A program made the position numbers and the translations under genes. A stretch of 63,997 nucleotides of DNA, counting the filler, from Candidatus Babelota bacterium (GTDB lineage: Bacteria; JAGOBX01): NCBI GenBank assembly GCA_017999075.1. It is 13 parts of 13 records of this genome, joined end to end, with 100 filler letters (N's around TTAATTAATTAA, not from the genome) between each part and the next. Parts side by side here need not be neighbours in the genome. Positions count along the whole stretch, not along the records: positions 14,966 to 19,831 come from JAGOBX010000313.1; positions 19,932 to 24,796 come from JAGOBX010000314.1; positions 24,897 to 29,759 come from JAGOBX010000315.1; 10 more parts are not named here. One strand, given 5' to 3'. Within the stretch, counting starts at the first letter, position 1; each line of letters begins with the position of its first letter. The notes beneath the pieces are model-generated. The model did not search any database, was not told where the DNA came from, and saw only the letters and a program-made list of their open reading frames with translations. This document shows, piece by piece, positions 15,655 through 27,217 of this stretch.

Positions 15655-15790
15655 AAAAATTATTTATTCCTTGTTTTATAATTATTTTATTATACTATAT
15701 AGTTCTGTTGTGTCAAAAAATAATTTTTTATCTTTAACATTAAACTTTTATAAATTATCAAATAATTAATAAAAAAATAAAATCGGGATT

Positions 15791-16729
15791 TTGTTATATA
15801 TGTGCCTTGTTTCATATTCAAAAGTAAAAGATTATGATTCGTTAAAAAAAATAAAAAATTTTACCGGTACTCCTACTTGGGCATACGTTGCAATAACCGA
15901 TAACTGCAATCATAATTGTCCCTGGTGTTATAATAAACATGACAATCCTAAAAAAGATATGTCAATAACTGATTTTAAAAAAATTTTGAAAAAATTTAAA
16001 AAAATCGGAATATACCAGATTACTTTAACAGGCGGTGAACCTCTTCTTCATCCGCAATTGAAAAACTTTATAAAAGCCGCTCAAAACTTCAATATACATA
16101 TAGCAACAAACGGAGATAAAATAACTGTTGAATTAGCGGATTTTTTTGCGCGTAATAATATTTCTCAAATTCAATATAATTTTCAAGGTTCCAGATTTCA
16201 TAATTCAATACATAAAAAAGGCGATGTTTCTTATTCAAGACTTATAGAATCCGTAAAAAACACTATGAAAGCAGGAATAACTTCGGTTGCAATGATAACA
16301 GTAGGAAAATATTTAATTCCTTATATTTCTGAAGTATTCAAAGAAGCAGCAGATTTAAATTTTAACAGAATAAGAGTATGGGAAACTGCAGGGAATAATC
16401 AGAATGACTGGGATGGAGAAAAAGAAATAAAAAGTATGTTCAAACTATGCGCAAAAGAAGCTAAAAAAGCAGGATTTATTCATACATTATCTTATGATCC
16501 TTTTGTTGAGGCTGATGTAAATATCCATTGCCCACAAATTAAAAATATGTTTATATCTGTAAATCCTAACTGTTCTGTATCAGCCTGTTGCGTAAAACAA
16601 AATCGAAATAATTTAATTGCTGATTTAAAAAAACTTCCAGCAAAAAAATTTTTGAATATATATTTAGAATACAACAGAAAACTTGTTTCTGAATACTGCG
16701 GCAAATGTTTTATCCGTTCAATAAACTAA
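15791..16729 (+). CDS. Radical SAM protein with SPASM/twitch-like C-terminus
   Basis: CNHNCPWC, TGGEPLLH, additional C-terminal cysteines. Confidence 0.85.
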   Translation: MLYMCLVSYSKVKDYDSLKKIKNFTGTPTWAYVAITDNCNHNCPWCYNKHDNPKKDMSITDFKKILKKFKKIGIYQITLTGGEPLLHPQLKNFIKAAQNFNIHIATNGDKITVELADFFARNNISQIQYNFQGSRFHNSIHKKGDVSYSRLIESVKNTMKAGITSVAMITVGKYLIPYISEVFKEAADLNFNRIRVWETAGNNQNDWDGEKEIKSMFKLCAKEAKKAGFIHTLSYDPFVEADVNIHCPQIKNMFISVNPNCSVSACCVKQNRNNLIADLKKLPAKKFLNIYLEYNRKLVSEYCGKCFIRSIN

Positions 16730-16757
16730 AAAAAGATTATTTTAATTTGTAAACATT

Positions 16758-19700
16758 ATGGAAACCAAATTTTATATAAAACCTGAAAAAGATATTTTGT
16801 TAAACGGCAGTTTTTCTTTAAGTGAAAACACGCAATCGATTTTAAAAAATGTTATTATTGAAAGAATAAAAATCGATACTGAAGAAAAATCAATGGAACT
16901 TGATTTAAAATCAAAAATTTTTCTAAATGAAATCGTACAGAAAGAAATTGTAAATTCAATTTTAGCAAAAGAATTAAATTTCACTTCCGTTAAATTGAAT
17001 ATAAATTCAGCAGAACAGGAATTGAATAAATCAGATATTGCCGGATATTTGAATCAAAATTGGCAAAGAATATTAACCTCCATAAAAACAAACCATCCTG
17101 CCGCGGGCGGAGCATTGTCTCACAACAGATACAGATATGACGATATTTCAAAAAAACTTATTATTGAACTAAAATCAGAAATTTCTATAAACATTGTTTT
17201 ATCAAAAAAATGCGATATTATGATTGCCGACGCTATTAAAAAAGACACTGATAAAAACATATCTGTGTTTTTTGAAAAAAGGGATTTCACAAAAGAAATA
17301 GAAGCGTTTAAAATTCAAACCGAAGAATCAGTAAAAAATGAAATTAAACGTATTGAAAACGATGCTCTGGAAAATTCGCATATTATATTAGGCAAAGAAA
17401 TTAAAAGTTCCGGAATAAAAAAAATTTCGGAGATTGACGGAGAGGAAAACAGAATAATCGTCGAAGGCTGTGTCCTGAATGTAGAAATACGTGAATACAA
17501 GTCATACGACAACAATCAACCTGGAATTTCAATTTTAACAAAATTCATTATAACAGATTATACTGATTCAATATTCTGCGTATACAGAGGCACGCGCGCG
17601 TTAAAAATAAAAAATAAAGACTGCGTAAGATTAGAAGGAAAATCAAGATTTGATAAAAGAACGAATGAACTTACAATTTTACCCAATTCAATAAATCTGA
17701 TTGAACTTCCATTTAGAATGGACTCTTATCCAGGAGAAAAACATATTGAACTTCATCTGCATACAAATATGAGTAAAATGGACGCGCTTATAGACGTGGA
17801 CGAACTAATCAAAACTTTAAAACGCTGGAATCATACTGCATGCGCCATAACCGATCACGGAATTGTTCATAATTTCCCTGAATTTTATGAAAAATGCAAA
17901 AAAAATAATATCAAGCATATATTCGGAGTGGAAGGTTATCTGGTAGATGCAGTATCAAACATTTTTTCTAATCATAACGATAAAATATTTTCTGCGGATT
18001 GTGAAAAAACTTTTATCAGCGTAATTTCAGAAAATTTATATTCTGATGATTTATTAGGAATTTCCGCTTTAAAATATACTAATGGAAAAACAAAACGGTT
18101 TGATTATTATCTTAAAAAAAAAATCAGCAAACTCGAAAAGCTGCTTGATAAAACAGAAGAACTCAATTTCATTGATTCAGAAGACAAATTAATTGATAAA
18201 TTCTCAAAATTCTGTTCAGGTACTGTGTTGACAGGATTCGACATTAATATTCAAATTAAAATGCTGAACGATTTTTTTAATTTTAATTCAAAAGATCCTT
18301 TATTTGATTTAAGACAGATATGTCTCGTTAATATAAAAAAAGAAAATGATGAAAATGATAACAATGCCGAAAATAATAAATTATCTTGTTCTGATATTTT
18401 AACTCAATCTTTAAATTATTTTAAAGTTGATTATTCTATCCAGTTTCCTGATTCAAAAAAAGAATTTCATCCGTGTTTAAGCAAATCTTATGATGAAAGT
18501 TCAATCAACAAAAATTTATTATACAATAACATAGACCCTGAAATTTTAAAAAAACTTTTTGACAATATATCATCGGAATATAAAAAAAATAATGATTTCG
18601 TCAATATGAACGATTTTAATTCATTACATCAGACTCCAGAATCAATAATGAAAACCAAAGGAGCGAATCACATAATCATACTAGTAAAAAATCAAACAGG
18701 ATTAAAGAATTTATACAAGCTTGTATCTCTAGCTCATTTAAATTATTCTCATTATACTCCGAAAATACCAAGGCAAAAACTAATAGAATTAAGAACCGGC
18801 CTTATTTTAGGAGGGGCGTGCGAACAAGGAGAAATTTTCAATTCAATCTTGAAAAAAAAATCAAAAAGCAGAACAACAGAAATACTGCGTTTTTATGATT
18901 ATGCAGAATTAATGCCTGTAGAAAATAATAAATTTTTAAAAACTTTCAATATTTCAGGGATTGAATCGGAAGACGATATAAGAAATTTAAATAAAACATT
19001 GTTTGAATTATGCAAACAAACCGATAAAATTGTTGTTGCGACCTGCGATGCTCATTTTCTGAATCCGGAAGAAGGAATTTTCAGAATGGCTATTCAGCAT
19101 TATATAGGTATGAAAGAAAAACGTGATATAACAAATCTATGTTTCAAAACAACAGACGAATTACTCAACGAATTTAATTATTTAGGAGATGCATCAGCAA
19201 AAGAAATAGTAATTGATAATCCAAAAAAAATTTCCGGGATGATTGATGAAGTAAAACCTGTGCCTGACGGTTTTTATCCTCCGCAAATTGAAAATGCCGA
19301 TAAAATATTATCCGATACGGTTTATAAAAAAGCTTACAATATTTACGGCAATCCTCTGCCTGAAATTGTAAATCAAAGATTAGAAAAAGAATTAACTGCA
19401 ATCATAAAAAATCAGTTTTCAAATTTGTATATACTTGCTCATAAAATAGTAAAAAAATCGAATGATGACGGAATAATAGTCGGGTCAAGAGGATCAGTAG
19501 GTTCTTCTTTCGTAGCTTTTCTTGCCGGAATCACTGATGTTAATTCTCTGCCTCCGCACTACGTATGTCCTAAATGCAGAAAATCCGAGTTTGATGTTCC
19601 TAAAGAATTTCTTGTAGGAGTAGATCTTCCTGATAAAATCTGTTCAGAATGTTCTGTAAAAATGATTAAAGACGGTTATGATATATTCTTTGAAGTTTTT

Positions 19701-19831
19701 CTCGGATTCAAAGGAGAAAAGGTTCCTGATATTGATTTAAATTTTCCCGGATATTACCAGCCGGTAATTCATAAATATGTGGAAGAACTTTTCGGCAAAG
19801 AAAACGTTTTCAGAGCCGGAACTATAAGTAC
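16758..19831 (+). CDS. polC: DNA polymerase III PolC-type alpha subunit, partial
   Basis: PolC N-terminal domains; OB fold (ITDYTDS); PHP domain (ELHLHTNMSKMDA, AITDHG, TCDAHF); VGSRGSVGSS; PPHYVCPKC zinc finger; KVPDIDLNF. Confidence 0.95.
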
Positions 19832-19948
19832 NNNNNNNNNNNNNNNNNNNNNNNNNNNNNNNNNNNNNNNNNNNNTTAATTAATTAANNNNNNNNNNNNN
19901 NNNNNNNNNNNNNNNNNNNNNNNNNNNNNNNGTGAGTGATCTCATTTA

Positions 19949-20422
19949 TTGAGAAGTTTTCTCTTAATAATAACGAAAATTGATGTTTTTTCATTTGTAA
20001 AAAGAACCTCTTCCTTTGTAAGAAGATTTCTTGTTAAAATTATAGCTAAAGCTGCAACATTCATGCACGGAAAAGCTCTTAGAAAAATCGGAGCTCACAA
20101 AATAGTGTATCCTGAAATTGATATGGGCGAACGAGTTGCAAAAAGTATAATATCCCTGAATGTTTATGAACAAATTGAACTTGTACAGGGATATGCTCTG
20201 GTAGAATTACTTATACCAAAACATTATGTACAGAAAAAAATAAAAGATACCAATATACGGACAAAATTTAATTTGAATATAGTAGCTGTTTTACAAAATT
20301 ACATAGAAACGGATAAATCAAAAATGAAAGCGCTTGTTCCTCAAGCAGACTATGAATTTCGTGAAGATGATGTAATAATCGTATTCGGAGAAGAAAAAAA
20401 TATAGAAAAATTTAAAAAATAA
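19949..20422 (+). CDS. TrkA/KtrA potassium-uptake RCK protein, C-terminal part
   Basis: KIIAKA....GK.L.KIGA..IVYPE.DMG.RVA and TrkA-C domain; the first ~29 aa do not look homologous. Confidence 0.8.
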   Translation: MRSFLLIITKIDVFSFVKRTSSFVRRFLVKIIAKAATFMHGKALRKIGAHKIVYPEIDMGERVAKSIISLNVYEQIELVQGYALVELLIPKHYVQKKIKDTNIRTKFNLNIVAVLQNYIETDKSKMKALVPQADYEFREDDVIIVFGEEKNIEKFKK

Positions 20423-20491
20423 TTTTCGAATCAAACCTAAAAAGTATTCGAATAACTAACTTAAAATTGTATTTTCCGGGGGTTTTAATTT

Positions 20492-21088
20492 ATGACTTAT
20501 TATATTCCTTATGTTATTGAACAAACAGCACAGGGAGAACGTTCTTACGATATTTATTCCAGAATGCTGAAAGACAGGATAATATTTTTGGGGAGAGAAA
20601 TAGATTACAATTATGCCAATGTTATAATCGCGCAATTGTTATTTCTCGAATCAGAAGATCCTGACAAAGATATTCATATATATATAAACAGTCCCGGGGG
20701 TTCTGTAGTGGACGGACTTGCAATATATGATACTATGCAATATATCAAACCTGATATTTCCACGATTTGTATAGGCCAGGCGGCAAGTATGGGAGCAATA
20801 CTGCTTTCAGCAGGTTCCAAAGGAAAACGATTTGCTCTACCTAACTCAAGAATAATGATTCATCAACCTCTTGGAGGCGCATACGGTCAGGCAGCAGATA
20901 TAGAAATACAAACAAAAGAAATGTTAAGATTAAAAAAACTTTTATCTGACGTTATGTGTAAATCCACAGGAAAACAGCATGATGAAATAATAAAAGATAC
21001 AGACAGAGATAATTATATGACTCCTGAACAGGCAAAAGAATATGGAATTATTGATTCTGTAATGGAAAAAAGAACGATTCAAAAATAA
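20492..21088 (+). CDS. clpP: ATP-dependent Clp protease proteolytic subunit
   Basis: [42 protein letters not shown]. Confidence 0.97.
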   Translation: MTYYIPYVIEQTAQGERSYDIYSRMLKDRIIFLGREIDYNYANVIIAQLLFLESEDPDKDIHIYINSPGGSVVDGLAIYDTMQYIKPDISTICIGQAASMGAILLSAGSKGKRFALPNSRIMIHQPLGGAYGQAADIEIQTKEMLRLKKLLSDVMCKSTGKQHDEIIKDTDRDNYMTPEQAKEYGIIDSVMEKRTIQK

Positions 21089-21114
21089 ATTATAAACATT
21101 AAAGATAATATAAA

Positions 21115-21705
21115 ATGAGCGTTCCAAATATCAAAATAAAAGCTGAATTTGTAAAACCGGTATTTGATTTTAATCAATTGCCTAAAACAGGATTTTCAGA
21201 AATCGTATTTTCAGGAAAATCAAATGTCGGAAAATCTTCGGTAATAAATGAACTGGTTAATCAAAAAAAACTTGCTAAAACAAGTTCTACTCCAGGCAGA
21301 ACTCAAAGTATAAACTATTTTCTTATAAACAACAAATTTTATTTTGTTGATTTGCCTGGTTATGGATTTGCCAAAGTCCCTGTTGCAATAAAAAAAAAAT
21401 GGGATTCCCTGCTTGATAAATTTTTAAATTCCGGCGAAAACATTAAACTGATTGTTCAATTGATTGATTCAAGAAATATTCCTGGTGAAAATGACATTAT
21501 TATGATTGAATGGTTAAAAAAATTAAATAAAAATTTCATTATAGTATTAACTAAATGCGATAAAATCGGAAAAACTGTTCGTAATAAACAATTAAAATTA
21601 TTCTCAAAACTTTTCGAACTTTCATCAGAAAAATTTATAATGTTTTCAATAAAAGAAAAAATCGGCACAAAAGAGTTGTGGAAAGAGATAAACAAAGTTA
21701 TTTGA
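21115..21705 (+). CDS. engB: Ribosome biogenesis GTPase EngB/YihA/YsxC
   Basis: GKSNVGKSS, TPGRTQ, DLPGYG, TKCDK. Confidence 0.93.
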   Translation: MSVPNIKIKAEFVKPVFDFNQLPKTGFSEIVFSGKSNVGKSSVINELVNQKKLAKTSSTPGRTQSINYFLINNKFYFVDLPGYGFAKVPVAIKKKWDSLLDKFLNSGENIKLIVQLIDSRNIPGENDIIMIEWLKKLNKNFIIVLTKCDKIGKTVRNKQLKLFSKLFELSSEKFIMFSIKEKIGTKELWKEINKVI

Positions 21706-21773
21706 TATTGAATTTTATATGAGTTTCAAAAATTTCAATTTTATCACGCAATAACCAAGGGGGCATTTATTTT

Positions 21774-21971
21774 ATGGTAGGCGATTTATCCATAAGGTTA
21801 AAAATCATAAAAGCTGACTTGAAAAAATTAGAATCTCAGGTTCAGCATTTAAATGATTTATCCGGGACATATGATGAATGGAAAGAAATTTTAAAATTAT
21901 CAAGGCATATTGAAGCATTATCAATTTCCAGAATGGCAGTAATAAAATATGCCCAGGCTACAGGAAAATAA
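21774..21971 (+). CDS. Hypothetical small helical protein
   Basis: 65 aa with AAGGGGG RBS, co-oriented with neighbours. Confidence 0.5.
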   Translation: MVGDLSIRLKIIKADLKKLESQVQHLNDLSGTYDEWKEILKLSRHIEALSISRMAVIKYAQATGK

Positions 21972-22018
21972 AATTAATAAAACATTTTTTTAATAATTAT
22001 TTTTAATATTTTTTTACC

Positions 22019-23374
22019 ATGGTAGATTTAACTTCATCAGTTATACCGCCTCACAATAATGAAGCGGAACAATCTTTAATAGCAGCAATATTGTTTAATC
22101 CGGAATGTATGCCTGCTGTACGTGACGTTTTAAAAAGCGATATATATTTTTATGATAACCGTCATAGAAACATATATTCATCAATATTAGCCCTTTATGA
22201 AAACAATGAACCTGTAGATGCAGTAACTTTAATCAATCAGCTCCGAAAAGATAAAAAATTAGAACAATCCGGAGGACCTGTATATATTTCAGAAATCATT
22301 GATAAAGTAACTGCTTATAGTAACGCTCAATATTATGCCAATATAATAAAAGAAAAATTCATATTAAGAATTCTGATAACTAAATCTTCCACTATTTTAC
22401 AAGAATGTTATGATGACTCGAAGCCGGTAGCTACAATAGTTCAGGAAGCGGAACAGAATATTTTTGAAATAAGCGAAGAATCTATTACAGCAGGGTTCAA
22501 GCATATTGGAGCTATAGTGCCGGATATTTTAAAAAATATCGAAACATTATATAATAATAAAGAACGAATTCCCGGAGTTCCTTCAGGTTATAAAAAACTT
22601 GATCTAATCACATCAGGATTTCAAAAATCAGATTTGATAATAATTGCTGCGCGTCCTTCAATGGGGAAAACAAGTTTAGCTCTTAACATTGCTTACAATG
22701 CAGCTCATAAATTTAAAATTCCTGCCGCAATATTCAGTTTGGAAATGAGTTCAGAACAGTTGGTATCCCGTTTTATTTCACTCTCTGCAAAAGTTCCTCA
22801 AGAAAAACTAAGAAGCGGTTTTTTAGACGACAGTGATTGGACTCGTGTAATAACAGCTGCAGAACTGCTTTATGAAACTCCGATTTATATAGATAATACT
22901 TACGGAATAGATCCTGTTTCAATAATGAGTAAAATACGCAGGCTGAAAACAGAATCAAATCTTGGCTTGGTAATTATTGATTACTTACAAATGATGAAAA
23001 TGAAATCAGGAAAAACCGAAAACAGACAGCAGGAAGTATCAGAAATATCCCGCGCTTTAAAAGGAATTGCACGAGAAATGAATGTTCCTGTAATAGTTCT
23101 TTCTCAATTAAGCAGGCAACTTGAATCAAGAACAGATAAAAGACCTCAACTGGCTGATCTTCGTGAATCAGGAGCCATTGAACAGGATGCAGATTTAGTA
23201 CTGTTTGTTTATCGTGACGAAAAATATAATCCTGATTCAGAATTCAAGGGAATTGCGGAAATAAATATTGGAAAACACAGAAATGGTCCTCTCGGAAAAA
23301 TTCTGCTGACATTTCTTGATAAGTTTATGAGTTTTGAAAATTATGAAGATGAGAGTTTTGATGAAGAATATTAA
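22019..23374 (+). CDS. dnaB: Replicative DNA helicase
   Basis: PPHNNEAEQ, AARPSMGKT, IIDYLQ, SQLSR, DLRESGAIEQDAD, KHRNGP; no intein. Confidence 0.97.
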   Translation: MVDLTSSVIPPHNNEAEQSLIAAILFNPECMPAVRDVLKSDIYFYDNRHRNIYSSILALYENNEPVDAVTLINQLRKDKKLEQSGGPVYISEIIDKVTAYSNAQYYANIIKEKFILRILITKSSTILQECYDDSKPVATIVQEAEQNIFEISEESITAGFKHIGAIVPDILKNIETLYNNKERIPGVPSGYKKLDLITSGFQKSDLIIIAARPSMGKTSLALNIAYNAAHKFKIPAAIFSLEMSSEQLVSRFISLSAKVPQEKLRSGFLDDSDWTRVITAAELLYETPIYIDNTYGIDPVSIMSKIRRLKTESNLGLVIIDYLQMMKMKSGKTENRQQEVSEISRALKGIAREMNVPVIVLSQLSRQLESRTDKRPQLADLRESGAIEQDADLVLFVYRDEKYNPDSEFKGIAEINIGKHRNGPLGKILLTFLDKFMSFENYEDESFDEEY

Positions 23375-23418
23375 TCTTGTTTTAATAATAAAATTTAAAA
23401 TAAATAATTCTAAAAATT

Positions 23419-24174
23419 ATGATAAGTAAATTAAAAGAATTCATTGAAAATACGGGAGAATTAAGTCTGCTAACATTGAAAGCGATCAAATTAATTTTTG
23501 TTCGGCCATTCAGATTTAAAATTATTATTGATCAAATGATGATGCTGGGAATCAAATCAATTCCAATAGTTTTAGTTACAGGATTTTTTTCAGGAATGGT
23601 TATGGCATATCAGGTTACAATGCAGTTGCGAAAATTCGGCGCTGAAATATATGTTGGCGGCATAACTTCATTGGCTTTAGCCCGTGAACTTGCTCCTGTT
23701 TTCACAGCGTTAATGGTAGCAGGGAGAGTGAGTTCCGGCATAACAGCTGAACTTGGAAGTATGCGTGCAACTGAACAAATAGATGCGCTTGAAACACTTG
23801 CAATCAATCCTATTCATTATTTAATTTCTCCCAGACTGGTGGCTACATTTATCATGATGCCTGTATTAACTTTTTTTGCAGATATAGTAGGATTTTTCGG
23901 AGCATATCTTGTAAGCGTTATAAAAATGAATATAAATGGCGCGTTGTTTATTGACAGAACATTATATATTGTTGAAGCATCAGATGTATTATCCGGGATA
24001 TCAAAATCATTCTTTTTTGCTGTAATAATAGCAATGGTGGGATGTTATTGCGGCTTCACATCAAAAGGCGGAGCTGCCGGCGTCGGCAAAAGTACTTTAA
24101 TATCAGTTGTTACAAGTTGTATATTAATATTTATTGTTGACTATTTATTAACTGCAATATTTTACAGTCTATAA
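23419..24174 (+). CDS. mlaE: MlaE-family ABC transporter permease
   Basis: RELAPVFTALMVAGRV.S.ITAELGSMR.TEQIDALE motif. Confidence 0.9.
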   Translation: MISKLKEFIENTGELSLLTLKAIKLIFVRPFRFKIIIDQMMMLGIKSIPIVLVTGFFSGMVMAYQVTMQLRKFGAEIYVGGITSLALARELAPVFTALMVAGRVSSGITAELGSMRATEQIDALETLAINPIHYLISPRLVATFIMMPVLTFFADIVGFFGAYLVSVIKMNINGALFIDRTLYIVEASDVLSGISKSFFFAVIIAMVGCYCGFTSKGGAAGVGKSTLISVVTSCILIFIVDYLLTAIFYSL

Positions 24175-24269
24175 TATTATACTATAAATTTTAAAAACAT
24201 ATTTATATTTTAACAATAAAACTTATATCATTTTCAATTTGAAATGGTCGAATATGCCGGGAGGAAATC

Positions 24270-24796
24270 ATGAATTTTCTAAAAAAAAGAAAAAATCCAA
24301 CTCTGAAAAAAAAATATTTTTCATTCTTAACAACAATTGTTTTTTTTATTTTTTTATATTCCGAATCAAGTTTTTGCAAAACTCTTGAAGAGATAAAAAA
24401 ATCAGGTATATTGTCAGCAGGTTTTTTCCGCGAAAAAACAAGTTTTAACATTGATCCTAAAACAGGAAAAAAATCAGGTTTTGATTACGAACTCGCAGAA
24501 GCTTTAGCCAATTATTTAAACGTTAAATTAAATATCGTTGAACTTGAATGGAACCAAATTTTTGCCAAAGATGAAAACGCAACTGAAATTGAAAAAAACA
24601 AGATTTACGATCCGTATATTTTTGCAGCAGACAAAGTAGATATAGTAATGCAGGAAATAACAAAACTTGAATGGCGCGATAAAATATTAAATCTTGTTCC
24701 TGTTGTAAAAAGCAAACAAATATTATTCGGAACTAAAGTAAACAGACAGGCAAATAAAATATCAGATTTATCAAAAAGCAAAATATACATAAGAAC
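24270..24796 (+). CDS. Extracellular solute-binding protein family 3 domain protein, partial
   Basis: TLEEIKKSG.L and GFDYELAEALA..L.V.L motifs. Confidence 0.8.
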
Positions 24797-24896
24797 NNNN
24801 NNNNNNNNNNNNNNNNNNNNNNNNNNNNNNNNNNNNNNNNTTAATTAATTAANNNNNNNNNNNNNNNNNNNNNNNNNNNNNNNNNNNNNNNNNNNN

Positions 24897-25318
24897 GAAG
24901 GAACTCCTTTAATATAGTTTACAGGACGCACACAAGCAAATAAGTCAAGTTTTTGCCTTAGAGTAACATTCAATGATCTGAATCCGCCGCCGACAGGAGT
25001 TGTTAACGGTCCTTTTAAAGCAATGTAAAAATCTTTTATTGCTTCGAGCGTATCTTCAGGCAGTAGTTCTCCGTATTTTTCTTGGGCAAGTTCTCCGGCA
25101 AAAATTTCAAACCATACAATTTTTTTCGAATTCCCGAAAACTTTTTTAACACAGGCATCAACAACTTTTTTTGTAGCTTTCATTATATCGGGGCCGATTC
25201 CATCTCCGGTTATATATGGAATTAAAGGATTGTCAGGAATAGCCAACTTACCGTTTACAATAGTAATTTTATTTCCTTCTTTAGGAATATCTAATTTTTT
25301 ATATTGAGTCATAACCAT
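24897..25318 (-). CDS. icd: NADP-dependent isocitrate dehydrogenase, N-terminal part
   Basis: IPYITGDGIGPDI and KGPLTTPVGGGFRSLNVTLRQ.LDL.ACVRP. Confidence 0.95.
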
Positions 25319-25363
25319 CCAAGCTCCTTAGAAATTATAAGTAAATCAAAATAAAATAAATTT

Positions 25364-26203
25364 TTATTTTATTTTTTCAAAGAATTCAGCTGCTTTTTTG
25401 TAATAATCGGAGTTTTTTTCTGAAATAAGCAATACGCGCTTAAAACTGTCTTTGGCTTCTTCTTTTAATCCAAGCTTGTATAACGATAAACCGTTGTATA
25501 TTAAAGAATCCAAATCTTTATTGTTTATGGCTATAAGTTTTTCAAAATATTCATTTGCATCCGAATAATTTTTCATATAATAAGATATAACTCCGGAATT
25601 AAACAGCGCATCTTCGCCCTTTTCATTTATTTTAAGTGCTTCCTTGAAATATTGCAGCGCTATTCTATAATATTTGTCAGCGTAAGCATGTTCGCCATTT
25701 TTAAGAAGTTCTTCATATTTTTTTAAATCAACATTTTTTTCGGCAATTTCAGTTGCACTTGAAGAAGACTGCTGATTTATTTGTATATCTGCTGCAGGTT
25801 TTATTTCATTTTCTTTTTTTGATATATAGGAATTTTGATTTGATTTTTCATTAACAATTTTTTTTTCGATATCCTGAGAATTTAATTTTGTTCCGCAAAC
25901 AGTGCAGAATTTTATTTTTTGATCAATAAACTTTTTTCCGCATTTCGAACATTCTGCCGAATAACTTTTTTTCTCTTGAACTGCTGTATTTTTTTCAGCA
26001 GGTTTTATAAAAATTATTTCTTTTTTTGGCTCTGGCTGTTCGCCTAATGAAAGACCGCAGAAAACGCAGTATTTTGCTGTATCAGGATTTTTATGACCGT
26101 TATGGCAAACTTTGAATTTTGCAGAATCTGCATTTATATCTGTCAGCGCCAAACTTAATAAAACAGCGCTCAAGATGAATAACACAAAAATTTTTTTTAA
26201 CAT
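25364..26203 (-). CDS. Exported protein with zinc-ribbon motifs and TPR repeats
   Basis: Signal peptide; C..GH...CVFCG and CSKCG...CTVCG; C-terminal TPRs. Confidence 0.75.
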   Translation of the reverse strand: MLKKIFVLFILSAVLLSLALTDINADSAKFKVCHNGHKNPDTAKYCVFCGLSLGEQPEPKKEIIFIKPAEKNTAVQEKKSYSAECSKCGKKFIDQKIKFCTVCGTKLNSQDIEKKIVNEKSNQNSYISKKENEIKPAADIQINQQSSSSATEIAEKNVDLKKYEELLKNGEHAYADKYYRIALQYFKEALKINEKGEDALFNSGVISYYMKNYSDANEYFEKLIAINNKDLDSLIYNGLSLYKLGLKEEAKDSFKRVLLISEKNSDYYKKAAEFFEKIK

Positions 26204-26282
26204 AACACACTGACCTCCTTAATTTAGAGAAAACAAAAAAAATTTAGTAAAAAGTATAATATTTAATACAAAAAAATCAACA

Positions 26283-27104
26283 TTATTTAAATTTTATCTT
26301 AATTAATTCCCATATTATTTCCCAGAATATCATAAGGACTATGAGCAGTTCGAGAAAATTAGCGCGGCTATGCTGGAACATATTTGACAGTGTTTGCGCA
26401 CTGTCAAGTCCGTAATCAAGTTTAGAAGAAATGCTTTTATATCTTCTATTAAGTTCAAAATGTCTTGATATGATTTCGTATAATTCATCGCAGGCTATGT
26501 TTTCCCAGGCTGTATATGGTTTGTCGAGGATCATAAGGTCTGACATGATAGTATGCCTTATTTTTAAAATCATTATGGTTTTGTCGAATAATTTGTTTGC
26601 AAGTACAGGCAGTAATGTTTTATATTTTTTGAACCAACTCATAGTTTTTTCTACTTCGTCTTCAAGATCCTCTGAAAGTTTATCGAATCTTTCAAGAGAT
26701 ACGCTTTGAGCTAAAGCGAATGAAATTATTTTTAAAAAATTAGGATTATAATTAGATTTGTTGAAATAAATTATTTCAGAATATTGATCAAAATAAAATT
26801 CTTCATCATTCCAGTTTTTTATATCTATCGGAGGATTTTCAACTATTTCACAATTAATAGCGTCAGTTCTGTTAAAATTATTTTTTTTTTTCAGCCCTTT
26901 TTCTAATTCTAAAAAAAAATCAAAGGATTCTTTTTCAGAATGTCCGAAAAACACAACTGCGCCGAATCTGTAAATATGGATATTTTTTTCCACGAAATTT
27001 AATATAAGAGGTTCTTCCCATCTTGTAATTTGAGGAATGGAAAAATATGAGCTTAACAAACTAAAATCAATATTTTCAGTCATATCGTAAGCGCGTATTT
27101 TCAT
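26283..27104 (-). CDS. RMD1/YagE (DUF155) family protein
   Basis: FGAVVFFG, S.ALAQSV.L, FEL..R...I..KL and LELLIVLMI..EI motifs. Confidence 0.88.
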   Translation of the reverse strand: MKIRAYDMTENIDFSLLSSYFSIPQITRWEEPLILNFVEKNIHIYRFGAVVFFGHSEKESFDFFLELEKGLKKKNNFNRTDAINCEIVENPPIDIKNWNDEEFYFDQYSEIIYFNKSNYNPNFLKIISFALAQSVSLERFDKLSEDLEDEVEKTMSWFKKYKTLLPVLANKLFDKTIMILKIRHTIMSDLMILDKPYTAWENIACDELYEIISRHFELNRRYKSISSKLDYGLDSAQTLSNMFQHSRANFLELLIVLMIFWEIIWELIKIKFK

Positions 27105-27217
27105 AAGTTTATATAACCGCCTTAAAAAAATATATATTATAAAATTATATCAATATAAATACAAAAAGCAAGATTCTGTATTTTTTTAATATTGAATCAG
27201 ATTAAAAAATACAAAAA

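Noticed and set aside
13781-19831. PolA, radical SAM and PolC as one replication or base-modification cluster
   Set aside because: They are separated by a linker and lie on different contigs.
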